This document shows positions 1 through 8,452 of a DNA stretch of 64,000 nucleotides, in pieces. Both the position numbers and the translations under genes were made by a program. The first letter of the stretch is position 1. The number at the start of each line of letters is the position of its first letter. The DNA is from Actinomycetota bacterium (GTDB lineage: Bacteria; Actinomycetota; Aquicultoria; Subteraquimicrobiales; UBA9087), in contig JASEEZ010000001.1 of assembly GCA_030019215.1 (NCBI GenBank), forward strand, positions 16,588 through 80,587. Direction: 5' to 3'. The notes beneath the pieces are model-generated. The model made no database searches, was not told the DNA's origin, and saw nothing but the letters and a program-made list of their open reading frames with translations.

Positions 1-415
1 AAGTTTCAAGCTCGCCCCGGGGATAACAATCGGTCGGATAACCAATAGCTTTGAGCTTCACCGGTCGTCCCGCTATTAGATCTTCGATAACGTGAGCCCC
101 GCCGTACCTCAAACCCAAGGTCTCCGAAAGCTCGCTCGCCCCGATATACACATCGACCGCAGCCAGACCAGCGTAAGCCGGAACATCATTCAGCCACACC
201 TTGCTCATCTTGATGGGAGGATCGGAGTGACCAAAATTGATCACCGCCCCCGTCGAGCACATCGGAGAAAAGGTCGCCGTGGTCACCACATCCACCTCTT
301 GGGCAACCCTCTTTATCCCTTTCTCCTTCACCAAATCTATTATCTCTTCGGCTGTGACCACCACGGCCTCGCCCTTCTTTATTCTTTCATTTATCTCCTC
401 AAAAGTCTTCACCAT
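1..415 (-). CDS. Homocysteine biosynthesis protein, COG1900/DUF39 family (N-terminal part; the 3' end runs off the window). Start ATG is the complement of 413-415, preceded by GAGGAGG.
   Basis: Minus-strand translation MVKTFEEINERIKKGEAVVVTAEEIIDLVKEKGIKRVAQEVDVVTTATFSPMCSTGAVINFGHSDPPIKMSKVWLNDVPAYAGLAAVDVYIGASE matches my recollection of the N-terminus of MA1821/MJ0100-type proteins. It is absent from the ORF track because it is partial. Confidence 0.6.
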   Translation of the reverse strand, partial: MVKTFEEINERIKKGEAVVVTAEEIIDLVKEKGIKRVAQEVDVVTTATFSPMCSTGAVINFGHSDPPIKMSKVWLNDVPAYAGLAAVDVYIGASELSETLGLRYGGAHVIEDLIAGRPVKLKAIGYPTDCYPRGELET

Positions 416-454
416 CTGGACACCTCCTCAAAGCCAGTCAATAACCTAAATCAA

Positions 455-615
455 TATCTAAAATGGGCTGTCAACGAGTCTGGTTTACACCCCGCTGTTG
501 GCAGAGTGAGGACTGTATGTCGAGAAGACCGTGTCGGAGCCCCACCAGAAAAAGCCCGAAAAACCGGAAGTCCGCGGGGGGCGAGACCCGAGCGGCGGCC
601 AAGAGAGTTTTTTGG
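455..615 (-). other. Unclassified GC-rich structured leader element between the T-box terminator and the COG1900 start. Candidate second riboswitch or attenuator.
   Basis: About 150 nt of GC-rich sequence with internal complementarity (CUGCCAAC...GUUGACAG followed by a U-tract) and no credible ORF. It does not fit the SAM-I, T-box, ZTP or ydaO consensus by eye. Confidence 0.3.
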
Positions 616-677
616 TTAAATTACAACAAGGCCGACCGCGTGTCTTCGAGACATTTAAGTCCGAACTATATGTCAAC

Positions 678-752
678 CTATCTTGTCAATAAACCATTTA
701 TAAAATAGTGCATGTAAATTAGTCCCCCTGAACTTGCAAAACCATTTCTCAT
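678..752 (-). CDS. 24-aa ORF (MRNGFASSGGLIYMHYFINGLLTR) with a strong RBS AAAGGAG, immediately after the T-box terminator. Possible leader peptide or gene remnant.
   Basis: ATG is the complement of 750-752 and the stop UAG is the complement of 678-680. The RBS-ATG spacing is 7 nt. No homology is recognisable. Confidence 0.15.
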   Translation of the reverse strand: MRNGFASSGGLIYMHYFINGLLTR

Positions 753-774
753 TTTAACACTCCTTTATTGAGAG

Positions 775-1080
775 CAAAATAAAAATCCCCCCGACCCTTA
801 TAGGACGAGAGGAACTCACGCGGTACCACCCAAATTCACCCCGATGGACATCGGGGCCTCTCTAAGATCACCAACCTTTAGTGGCCAACAGCCAGCGATC
901 GGTAATCCCTAGCCCATGATAACGGGAACATCCGTCCAGCTCTACTCTCCCTGCTGAAAAGCGGGGTTTCCTCTGAAGGCTCAGGGACCATGTTCGGCTT
1001 CCTCGATAGACCGACTTGCACCTAACTCGGCTCTCTGGGCAATCGTCCCCCACCAACGGTGGGGATAAAAGCCTACTCCT
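775..1080 (-). promoter_or_regulatory. T-box riboswitch leader (tRNA-sensing transcription antitermination), candidate Met specifier.
   Basis: The minus-strand RNA contains the T-box motif UGGGUGGUACCGCG (complement of 819-832). A terminator CCUCUCGUCC-UAUAA-GGGUCGGGGGG plus a U-tract follows (775-812). An F-box CCGUUA (920-925), AGAGA (1032-1036) and a stem-I-like helix are present. A putative specifier ..GAAC-AUG-G (AUG is the complement of 989-991) sits just before the basal helix. Confidence 0.7.
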
Positions 1081-1115
1081 TCCCCTCAAAACCAAACTAT
1101 GAAATTGCAGTCAGG

Positions 1116-1268
1116 CTAGTGCCGTTACAACTAATTTTTCCTGAGAAATCTAAGCTTTTGTTCAATCTGTTTATTTAGCCCATTAGAATTTTTAATGTAA
1201 ATGCAGTTACTAACATCAAACAAAGTAAATTTAATTCTAACGGGCTGAAGCGACAAGTTGTAACGGTA
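1116..1268. repeat. MITE-like element copy 1, bounded by the inverted repeat CTAGTGCCGTTACAACT ... GACAAGTTGTAACGGTA. The interior has a nested inverted repeat.
   Basis: The 13-bp terminal inverted repeat TRCCGTTACAACT is shared with the element at 19731-19934. Inner inverted repeat: AGCCCATTAGAATT / AATTCTAACGGGCT. Confidence 0.55.
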
Positions 1269-1296
1269 TTAGCATAAAAACAGTGGGATGTCAAAC

Positions 1297-1332
1297 AAAA
1301 CCAGCTACTCTTAGAGTAGCTGGTTTTGTTCA
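1297..1332. terminator. Bidirectional rho-independent terminator (AACCAGCTACTC-TTA-GAGTAGCTGGTT flanked by A- and T-runs).
   Basis: Perfect 12-bp stem with U-tracts on both strands, downstream of the minus-strand gene 1422-3377. Confidence 0.75.
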
Positions 1333-1421
1333 TTTCGTCTGTGGACCTCACAAATCAAACAAAAAGAGTGACCGATATGAGAGATCATCCATTGCCCAGT
1401 AATTGGAAGCATCATGGACCA

Positions 1422-3377
1422 CTAAGTCTTTATGGGCGTGGTAGATCTAAGTCTGATGGGTGCACTATAGCCATACACCTGACCGAGAGAGCCACTTGCC
1501 ACGAGATTACCGGAGGAATCATACCCTTCCATCATCACTCCATAGGCGGCGCTGAACCAGGCCTCTACATATTTTACAGGTTCATCAAAGATAATCGTTC
1601 CCGAGTTTGAGTCAAGTCCCGTCCAGACCTGTTTGGTTCCCGAGTGGGGAGGATAACCGGCAGTGTTGTACCAACCGGTGGCATGGTCTGCACACCTCCA
1701 CTCTGGAGAAAAGATAAGACCTGGATAGTGTGTTCCCACAAACTGCCCTTCAACCAGGTCCTCAAATGTAACCAGTGGCTTGATCCAAATGGGATTGGTG
1801 TAGACGGGCTCTACCAAAGAACCGCTGATCCTGAATTCCACTTTGACGCGAAAATAGCAATCAGATTGCGGATAAGGATAATCACTCGGCTTGGTTGGAT
1901 TAATGGTGATCGTAGTCTTACTAGCATTGAAAGTAGCCGCTGGTGCATAGCTAGAATGAAGAACGATTCGGCTTATCCTCCTTCCATCCACACCAAGTGC
2001 TTGAATGTTAATGGTGATTGGTTCCCCAGGAAGTATTTCCTTAACATCTCCAATGTTGGCTGGAGCGGGATTGCTGGATGTAGTGATAGTAAAAACGGCC
2101 AAAGACCCATCCCTAGATGCCACACAGCGTCCATTCCTCAAGGCAGTGTAAACGGCTGTGTGATCCACACCATTCCAGTTGGGCATATATAGATAAGTCA
2201 TAGTCTTACCAAAAGCATCGAATGGAATGTGGGAATCGCTGTTTGCCACGCCAACTACACAATTGCCCTTGTTTAAGAGCCCAATCCACTTAGCTACCGT
2301 CGTATCTAGCACCGTAGAATATGTCGAATAGGGCCCACTCATAAGCTCCATCCCCGCGTATCCCCTAGCATCCCAGTAGTCCCAGGGATAGGGCGTCCAG
2401 TATGGGTGGGCAATGATGCCAAAGGAGTTAGGAGAATTGTGAGCATTAACGGCACTGATAATTTGCTGCCCATCACGGTATTCGGGATTGTAATTCCAGA
2501 AGAACGTGCCTAAGTTATAGCCCAAATAGTGGCTATCATGACCGGTTGCGTCATTTATCTCGGTGCTTATCTCCTCTCCATTCATCACCGCTATTGAGTA
2601 ACGAACTTGAGCCGCTGCGCATTCAGCAGTTTCCTCGTCCCACCTAGTCGCTGTCAACCATTGCGCGTGGTCCGTCATTATGATCCACTTAAGGCCCTCA
2701 TCTGAAGCATCATCTGCTCTATCATCCACCGAATAAAGAGGCGCGTCGCTGAAATTTGTATGAATGTGACCATCGCCCGCATGCCAGCCCGTGATGGAAG
2801 GAAGGGCCGCCAGGTAGAAAATAGAAAAAGTCTTCCCGTATTGGACAGACTTTCCGGATACGGTGAAATCGCCAATCACCTCAAAGGTGAAAACATCACC
2901 TACCTTCAGGGAAGGATTTATCTCCTTTAAATCGAGGTAAAACTTTTGAGTGTGCAAACCAGCCACAATATCCTTAAGCTGCTCTTTATAAATCCGTCTT
3001 TGTACCTCAGCAACTTCTGGATCCCTGAATCCAAGAAGTCCTCTTAATGCTTCAGTGTCCCCAATCTTATCGGAGACATTCTTCAACTCCTCACCGACGA
3101 CTGTCTCACGGATCTTTTTCCCCTCCGAGTCGAACACACCAACCTTTTTGAGAACAACCTTGCTTTTATCTTTTTGCACATTCGCACTTACCACTTTAAG
3201 CGAGGTCTCCGCCGCTGGCTCACGAATAAACTCCAGCCCAACGACTTCAAATAAAACACCGCCATTATCACCACCGGTGCTCTCGATGTTGCCAAAAACC
3301 GGTATCGAAAAAGAACCGAGTAAGGTGAGCACCAAAACGAGAACCAAAAAACTTCTGGAAATCTTTTTAAACTTCAT
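1422..3377 (-). CDS. Secreted protein (signal peptide MKFKKISRSFLVLVLVLTLLGSFS) with a PHP-like metal-dependent phosphoesterase region.
   Basis: 651-aa ORF. It has a signal peptide and His/Asp motifs GDGHIHTNFSD and ANSDSH reminiscent of the PHP/CehA family. Confidence 0.45.
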   Translation of the reverse strand: MKFKKISRSFLVLVLVLTLLGSFSIPVFGNIESTGGDNGGVLFEVVGLEFIREPAAETSLKVVSANVQKDKSKVVLKKVGVFDSEGKKIRETVVGEELKNVSDKIGDTEALRGLLGFRDPEVAEVQRRIYKEQLKDIVAGLHTQKFYLDLKEINPSLKVGDVFTFEVIGDFTVSGKSVQYGKTFSIFYLAALPSITGWHAGDGHIHTNFSDAPLYSVDDRADDASDEGLKWIIMTDHAQWLTATRWDEETAECAAAQVRYSIAVMNGEEISTEINDATGHDSHYLGYNLGTFFWNYNPEYRDGQQIISAVNAHNSPNSFGIIAHPYWTPYPWDYWDARGYAGMELMSGPYSTYSTVLDTTVAKWIGLLNKGNCVVGVANSDSHIPFDAFGKTMTYLYMPNWNGVDHTAVYTALRNGRCVASRDGSLAVFTITTSSNPAPANIGDVKEILPGEPITINIQALGVDGRRISRIVLHSSYAPAATFNASKTTITINPTKPSDYPYPQSDCYFRVKVEFRISGSLVEPVYTNPIWIKPLVTFEDLVEGQFVGTHYPGLIFSPEWRCADHATGWYNTAGYPPHSGTKQVWTGLDSNSGTIIFDEPVKYVEAWFSAAYGVMMEGYDSSGNLVASGSLGQVYGYSAPIRLRSTTPIKT

Positions 3378-3483
3378 GATCTCCTCCCTCCGAACCCCCG
3401 ACCTACAAATTGTTCTTATAGTTCATCGCTCCTTATCATCACTCCTCTCACATAAAGAATTTCCTTAGAACCACTTCTCAAAA

Positions 3484-4080
3484 CTACCCATACTTTTTAT
3501 TGTGAAGTACCTGTAAAATTTTGTTTATGGCAAGTAAAACCAGGCAAAGGCCGGAGAAAATCACCCATAGGTAAAAATATCCCATGGGACAACAAGCATC
3601 TATAACAGCGAGTATGCAGAGGAGAAAAGTGCCAAAGATCAACAACAACGGCCACAGCCAGACAAAAGAATTGCGCTTGGTAAAAAACAGTCTTTTTTGG
3701 TAAGCCATCACCAGCCCGTAGAGAAAAGACCAAAAAATCAAATCATTGACATCATAAGACCTGTACAACTCCCAAAAGCTGAGTTCAACCCTGATAATCT
3801 TGGTCCTGATCTGAAAAATAAGGGCAAAGGCAAAAAACAGGGCAGCAAATACAAGCCCTTGCTTGATTGCTATAACCCACTTTTGAGAATTAGTTAACCG
3901 TTGTTCCTGCAAAGTAGTTAGCCTCTTTCTGTAATTAACCAGATTTATCCAAGGCCAGGCACAGAGTGGAGTAGCCCAGAGCGTATCCAAGGAAGCTCCA
4001 CAGGCCCACCCAACACAAAAAGGCGAGACCCTCCATGATAAATCTATAGTCCTGGTAGGAAACCCGATAGAAAGGCTCAC
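3484..4080 (-). CDS. Polytopic membrane protein (hypothetical). Its 5' end overlaps the upstream ORF by 146 nt, so the start is uncertain or the gene is frameshifted.
   Basis: Multiple hydrophobic segments; no recognisable family. Confidence 0.3.
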   Translation of the reverse strand: MSLSIGFPTRTIDLSWRVSPFCVGWACGASLDTLWATPLCAWPWINLVNYRKRLTTLQEQRLTNSQKWVIAIKQGLVFAALFFAFALIFQIRTKIIRVELSFWELYRSYDVNDLIFWSFLYGLVMAYQKRLFFTKRNSFVWLWPLLLIFGTFLLCILAVIDACCPMGYFYLWVIFSGLCLVLLAINKILQVLHNKKYG

Positions 4081-4585
4081 CCAAAAATAAAACCAGCGCC
4101 AGCGGCAGAAGCGAGATGAGCAAGGCAGTCCATCTTTTCAAGAGGGCAAAGCGAATGGAGAGACCGAGGAGGAAAGCTAAAATGATCAAAAGAGAACGCA
4201 GCTCTGCCAATCTTAATGGCATCATCCACTCTCTCACTCCGATGAGGTCTCGAAAGAGCAACTCGGACCACACCAGAGGCACAGAGGTGAGCAATCCAAA
4301 ACAAAAGACCAAGGAGGCCAGAGAAAAATCTCTCACCTTCCAACGGTAAAGAAGGAAGAAGGAAAGGGTATATCCTGCCGTTATTATGGGAGTGAGAAAA
4401 ATAAAACCAGGCCTCATTCCGCCGATCGCAATTACAAAATAGAGCACCAGAGCTGCCAGAAGCGAACAGAGGTATATGACCACCTGGCTGATGAGCACGA
4501 TCTGCCAGTTTTTCAGTTCCCAATTAGCAATCATAGAAAACAGCTCCTGTTGATTTTTCGGTCTCCTTTCATGTTCGATATTCAA
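3935..4585 (-). CDS. Polytopic membrane protein (hypothetical). Possibly the N-terminal part of a single frameshifted gene with 3484-4080.
   Basis: 216-aa ORF with at least 5 predicted TM helices. Confidence 0.35.
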   Translation of the reverse strand: MNIEHERRPKNQQELFSMIANWELKNWQIVLISQVVIYLCSLLAALVLYFVIAIGGMRPGFIFLTPIITAGYTLSFFLLYRWKVRDFSLASLVFCFGLLTSVPLVWSELLFRDLIGVREWMMPLRLAELRSLLIILAFLLGLSIRFALLKRWTALLISLLPLALVLFLGEPFYRVSYQDYRFIMEGLAFLCWVGLWSFLGYALGYSTLCLALDKSG

Positions 4586-4670
4586 AACAAAATTCCTTCA
4601 TAATAAAAATATTGAAAATGCAGAATTTATCGTGAAATGATATTGCGGGGAATGAATCAAGAAATTCGAC

Positions 4671-6797
4671 CTACTGCACCTTCTCCAGGGGAGCGTAACT
4701 GACGAGAAGAGTTTTTTCTCCCTCCGTGGGAAAGAGGACAGTCACCTGATCAGAACCCTTGACGGCCACGACCTTACCCCGGCCAAACTTCTTGTGCATG
4801 ACTTCATCGCCGACGGCAAAGGTGACTTCAACTTGCTGAGGTGTGGGTATCTTTACTTCCACCTCCTCAACAGGCTGGATAAGAACCTCCGGTATCTCCC
4901 TTAAAAACCTGGATTGCATCTGATAAGAGGTGCCTCCCCAGAGACTTCTTGACCAGGCATGAGTGAGATAAAGTCTCTCCTTAGCGCGGGTGATTCCCAC
5001 GTAACACAGACGACGTTCCTCCTCGAGCTCGGAGAGGTCTGTCAGAGAACGGATGTGCGGAAAGATTCCGTCCTCCATACCGGCCACAAAGACCACGGGG
5101 AACTCCAAACCCTTGGCATTGTGTAGGGTCATCAAAGTGACGGCCTCGGCCTCCTCCTCGTAAAGATCTATGTCAGTGAGCAGGGATATGTGTTCTAGGA
5201 AATCGCCCAGGGTAGCATCGGGGAGATTGGTCTCGAACTCCCGGGCGACGGAGAGCAACTCTTTCACGTTCTCTACCTTTCCCATTGCTTCCACCGTCCG
5301 CTCCTCCTCCAGAGCGGCGACGTAACCTGTCCTCTCGAGAACAGACTGAATGAAATCGAAGAGACTCCTCTTCCCCACAAGCTCACCGAGCTCATCAAGC
5401 ATGCTTAAGAAATTCCCTATCCCTTTTTTGGCTCGATCGGTCAACCACCCCGCCAGCGGTGGGGTATCCGCCCTCTTTAAGGCCTCATAAAAACCGATGT
5501 TCTCCTTAGCAGCAAGTTTTTCCACATTCTCGAGTGTGGTCTTCCCTATGCCTCTCTTGGGAACGTTTATGATCCTCTTCAAGCTCACGGCATCTTCGGG
5601 ATTGGAGATGGCCCTGAGATAAGCCAGGATGTCCTTGATCTCCGCTCGCTCGTAGAATCTCAAACCCCCCACTATCTTATAGGGAAGGCCGAATCTCATG
5701 AAGACATCCTCAAAGACGCGCGACTGGGCATTGGTGCGGTAAAAGATAGCAAAATTCCCGTATTTTCTTTCCTCGATCTCGCGCAATCGTTCTATCTCGG
5801 TGGCCACGAAAGCTGCCTCATCGTGCTCGTTTTCCGCCTGATATCTGGTGATGGCCTCCCCCGGGGCATTGGTTGTCCACAAAGACTTTGGCTTTCTACC
5901 CCGATTATTCTGAATGACATAATTGGCGGCCTCTAGAATCACCTGAGTTGAGCGATAGTTTTGATCCAGGGTGATCACCTTTGCATCGGGGTAGTCGTTT
6001 TCGAACTCCAAAATGTTTCGGATATCCGCCCCCCTGAACTGGTAAATACTCTGGTCAGGATCACCCACCACAGCAAGATTGCGATATCCCCCGGCCAACA
6101 GATTCACGAAGACATATTGGGCGTGGTTAGTGTCCTGGTACTCGTCGATCAGAATGTATTTGAACTTCTCCTGGTAGGCTTTCAAGACATTTGGAAAGAG
6201 CTGAAAGAGATTGACCACGAACATTATTAAATCGTCGAAGTCCATAGCGTTGCTCTGATAAATCTTTTGTTGGTAAAGGTGATAGACATCGGCGATGACC
6301 TTATCCAAATAGGTCTGAGCACGAGAGGCAAAGGTTTCGGCATCAATGAGTTCATTCTTGGCCGCGGAGATCGCCGAGGCCATCGAGGTCGGCGGAAAAC
6401 GCTTGGTATCCAGATTCAAATCCTTAAGGCAGGCTGAGACCAACCTGTTGGAATCACCTTGATCATAAATGACAAAGTTCCTCTTGTAACCAAGGCGATG
6501 GGCTTCTTTTCGCAAAATCTTGGCGCAGGTGGCATGAAATGTCCCGATCCACATCCGCTCACTTATCTCACCAATGAGCTGCTCGATGCGCTCTTTCATC
6601 TCCTCGGCGGCCTTGTTGGTGAAGGTGATGGCCAGGATACTCTGGGGATTGACTCCCTTCTCCTTTATGAGATAGGCAACCCGATAGGTGAGAACGCGAG
6701 TCTTCCCGCTACCCGCCCCCGCCAACATGAGGAGAGGGCCTTCGATGTGAGTGACGGCATCTCTTTGAACTGGACTCAAATCCTGAAGCAACTCCAT
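4671..6797 (-). CDS. pcrA: ATP-dependent DNA helicase PcrA/UvrD.
   Basis: Walker A AGAGSGKT, helicase motifs (TFH, DEYQDTN, QNYRST, VGDPDQSIY) and C-terminal Tudor-like tail; 708 aa. Confidence 0.9.
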   Translation of the reverse strand: MELLQDLSPVQRDAVTHIEGPLLMLAGAGSGKTRVLTYRVAYLIKEKGVNPQSILAITFTNKAAEEMKERIEQLIGEISERMWIGTFHATCAKILRKEAHRLGYKRNFVIYDQGDSNRLVSACLKDLNLDTKRFPPTSMASAISAAKNELIDAETFASRAQTYLDKVIADVYHLYQQKIYQSNAMDFDDLIMFVVNLFQLFPNVLKAYQEKFKYILIDEYQDTNHAQYVFVNLLAGGYRNLAVVGDPDQSIYQFRGADIRNILEFENDYPDAKVITLDQNYRSTQVILEAANYVIQNNRGRKPKSLWTTNAPGEAITRYQAENEHDEAAFVATEIERLREIEERKYGNFAIFYRTNAQSRVFEDVFMRFGLPYKIVGGLRFYERAEIKDILAYLRAISNPEDAVSLKRIINVPKRGIGKTTLENVEKLAAKENIGFYEALKRADTPPLAGWLTDRAKKGIGNFLSMLDELGELVGKRSLFDFIQSVLERTGYVAALEEERTVEAMGKVENVKELLSVAREFETNLPDATLGDFLEHISLLTDIDLYEEEAEAVTLMTLHNAKGLEFPVVFVAGMEDGIFPHIRSLTDLSELEEERRLCYVGITRAKERLYLTHAWSRSLWGGTSYQMQSRFLREIPEVLIQPVEEVEVKIPTPQQVEVTFAVGDEVMHKKFGRGKVVAVKGSDQVTVLFPTEGEKTLLVSYAPLEKVQ

Positions 6798-6919
6798 AGC
6801 TTAATTATAAACTGTGATCATGGAAAGCAAAACCGCGCGAGTAAGTCCAATTAGTCTTTCTAATACAAGACGAGAAAGTGATATGCTTTTCTTGAAAGTA
6901 GCTCTTTTAGGAGTAAACC

Positions 6920-8053
6920 ATGAGATATCCGCCGCTCTCGGTCAAAAAAGTGCGGTGCAAGCTCTGTGGAAAGACTTCTGAGTTCATCGCGAGCTCGTTG
7001 AGTGTTTGCGCAGCGTGCATAAAAGACCACCCGGAGAAAGCAAGGGTCTTCATCCTGCAGGCCCACGCCAAAAGCAAGAAACAGTTTGGGCTCCCCGCCA
7101 CCCCACCGAGGATTCCAGGAGGAGCAAAATGCAATATCTGTGTGAACGAGTGCCAGATTGGCGAGGAGGAATTGGGTTTTTGTGGCTTGCGCACAAACCG
7201 CGGCGGCAAGCTCTCCCACCTGGGTGGTACTCCTTCTAAAGGTATAGTCAGTTGGTATTACGATCCCCTGCCCACGAACTGCGTTGCAGATTGGGTCTGT
7301 CCCGCTGGAAGCGAGTGTGGCTATCCAAAATATTCTTACTCGCCAGGCATGGAACACGGCTACAAGAATCTGGCCGTCTTTCTGGGTGCCTGTTCTTTCG
7401 ACTGCCTCTTCTGTCAAAACTGGCATTACAGGGCGATGACCCAGAGCTTGTCGCCGATGCAAATGGCCGAGGACCTAGCAAATGCTGTGGACGGCCAGAC
7501 CGCCTGTATCTGCTACTTCGGCGGAGACCCCACTCCACAACTGCCCTTTGCCCTGGCAGCCTCAAGAATCGCCCTTGAAAAAAACAGGAGCAGGATTTTG
7601 CGAATCTGCTGGGAGACGAACGGAACGATGAACCCAAAACTGGCCCGAAAAGTGGCGGAAATTTCTCTAAAGACCGGAGGATGTGTGAAGTTCGACCTCA
7701 AGGCCTGGGACGAGAACCTCAACATCGCCCTAACCGGGGTGACCAACGGGAGAACCCTGGAAAACTTCGAGATGTTGGCAAGCTACATCAAGGAAAGACC
7801 GGAGCCGCCCTTCCTGGTGGCGAGCACCCTCCTCGTCCCTGGATATATAGACGCCCGGGAAGTATTTCAAATCGCCAGGTTCATTGCCGGCCTAGACCCT
7901 ACCATCCCCTATTCGCTGCTCGCCTTCTACCCCTGCTTTCACTTCATGGACATCCCCACGACCTCCTGGAAACAGGCAAAAGAGTGCCAGGAAGCGGCGC
8001 TGGAGGCGGGGCTTAAAAGGATTAGGATCGGAAATGTACACCTACTGAGCTAA
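6920..8053 (+). CDS. Radical SAM protein, PflX/YjjW (COG1313)-like, with an N-terminal Cys-rich zinc-ribbon-like extension.
   Basis: CSFDCLFCQNW (C-x3-C-x2-C) and GFCGLRTN motifs; RBS AGGAG. It is a paralog of 17078-17989. Confidence 0.65.
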   Translation: MRYPPLSVKKVRCKLCGKTSEFIASSLSVCAACIKDHPEKARVFILQAHAKSKKQFGLPATPPRIPGGAKCNICVNECQIGEEELGFCGLRTNRGGKLSHLGGTPSKGIVSWYYDPLPTNCVADWVCPAGSECGYPKYSYSPGMEHGYKNLAVFLGACSFDCLFCQNWHYRAMTQSLSPMQMAEDLANAVDGQTACICYFGGDPTPQLPFALAASRIALEKNRSRILRICWETNGTMNPKLARKVAEISLKTGGCVKFDLKAWDENLNIALTGVTNGRTLENFEMLASYIKERPEPPFLVASTLLVPGYIDAREVFQIARFIAGLDPTIPYSLLAFYPCFHFMDIPTTSWKQAKECQEAALEAGLKRIRIGNVHLLS

Positions 8054-8080
8054 GGAAGCCTTCCCAAAGAGGGGCTCTTG

Positions 8081-8347
8081 TTACTCCATATCCTTCATGT
8101 AATGAAGAATCTTTTTGTAAATCTCGCGGATAGCCTCGTCAGAGAGGGGACCGGAGTTGTTAGCCGAAAGTTTCCTGTATATCTCCCCTTCTCTTTCCGG
8201 ATCGTAAATGGGGATACCCTTTTCTTCTTTGAACTTCCGAATTGCCAGGGCAATCTGGGCCCTCTCGTTCAAAAGACCTACCACTTTCTCATCGATTTCA
8301 TCTACCTGCTCTCTTAATTCTTCTATCTTTTTTTCAATCTCTGACAT
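8081..8347 (-). CDS. Chorismate mutase (AroQ class, monofunctional).
   Basis: 88 aa, helical, LRxxIDxIDxxLLxLLxERxxL pattern. Confidence 0.6.
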   Translation of the reverse strand: MSEIEKKIEELREQVDEIDEKVVGLLNERAQIALAIRKFKEEKGIPIYDPEREGEIYRKLSANNSGPLSDEAIREIYKKILHYMKDME

Positions 8348-8452
8348 AAGCCCCCCATTTAGTCGCCAGCTGCCAGGAGCCAGGAGCCAGATTCCAGTCG
8401 CCAGCTGCCTTTAGTCTTGCTGGAGGCTGGGAGCTGATAGCTGGATGCCGCT

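Noticed and set aside
92-708. Plus-strand ORFs 92-619, 237-449 and 463-708 from the six-frame track.
   Set aside because: They lie antisense to the COG1900 CDS or inside the GC-rich leader. They have Pro/Arg/Ser-rich junk composition and no RBS.
780-1110. Considered RNase P RNA, tmRNA, a group II intron domain V/VI and a cobalamin riboswitch for the structured GC-rich segment.
   Set aside because: Key motifs are missing: no GGAAAGUCCGGGC/ACAGAACCCGGC, no tmRNA tag or T-arm, no GCCACUG B12 box. The minus strand instead carries a clean T-box motif UGGGUGGUACCGCG plus F-box and terminator, so it was called as a T-box.
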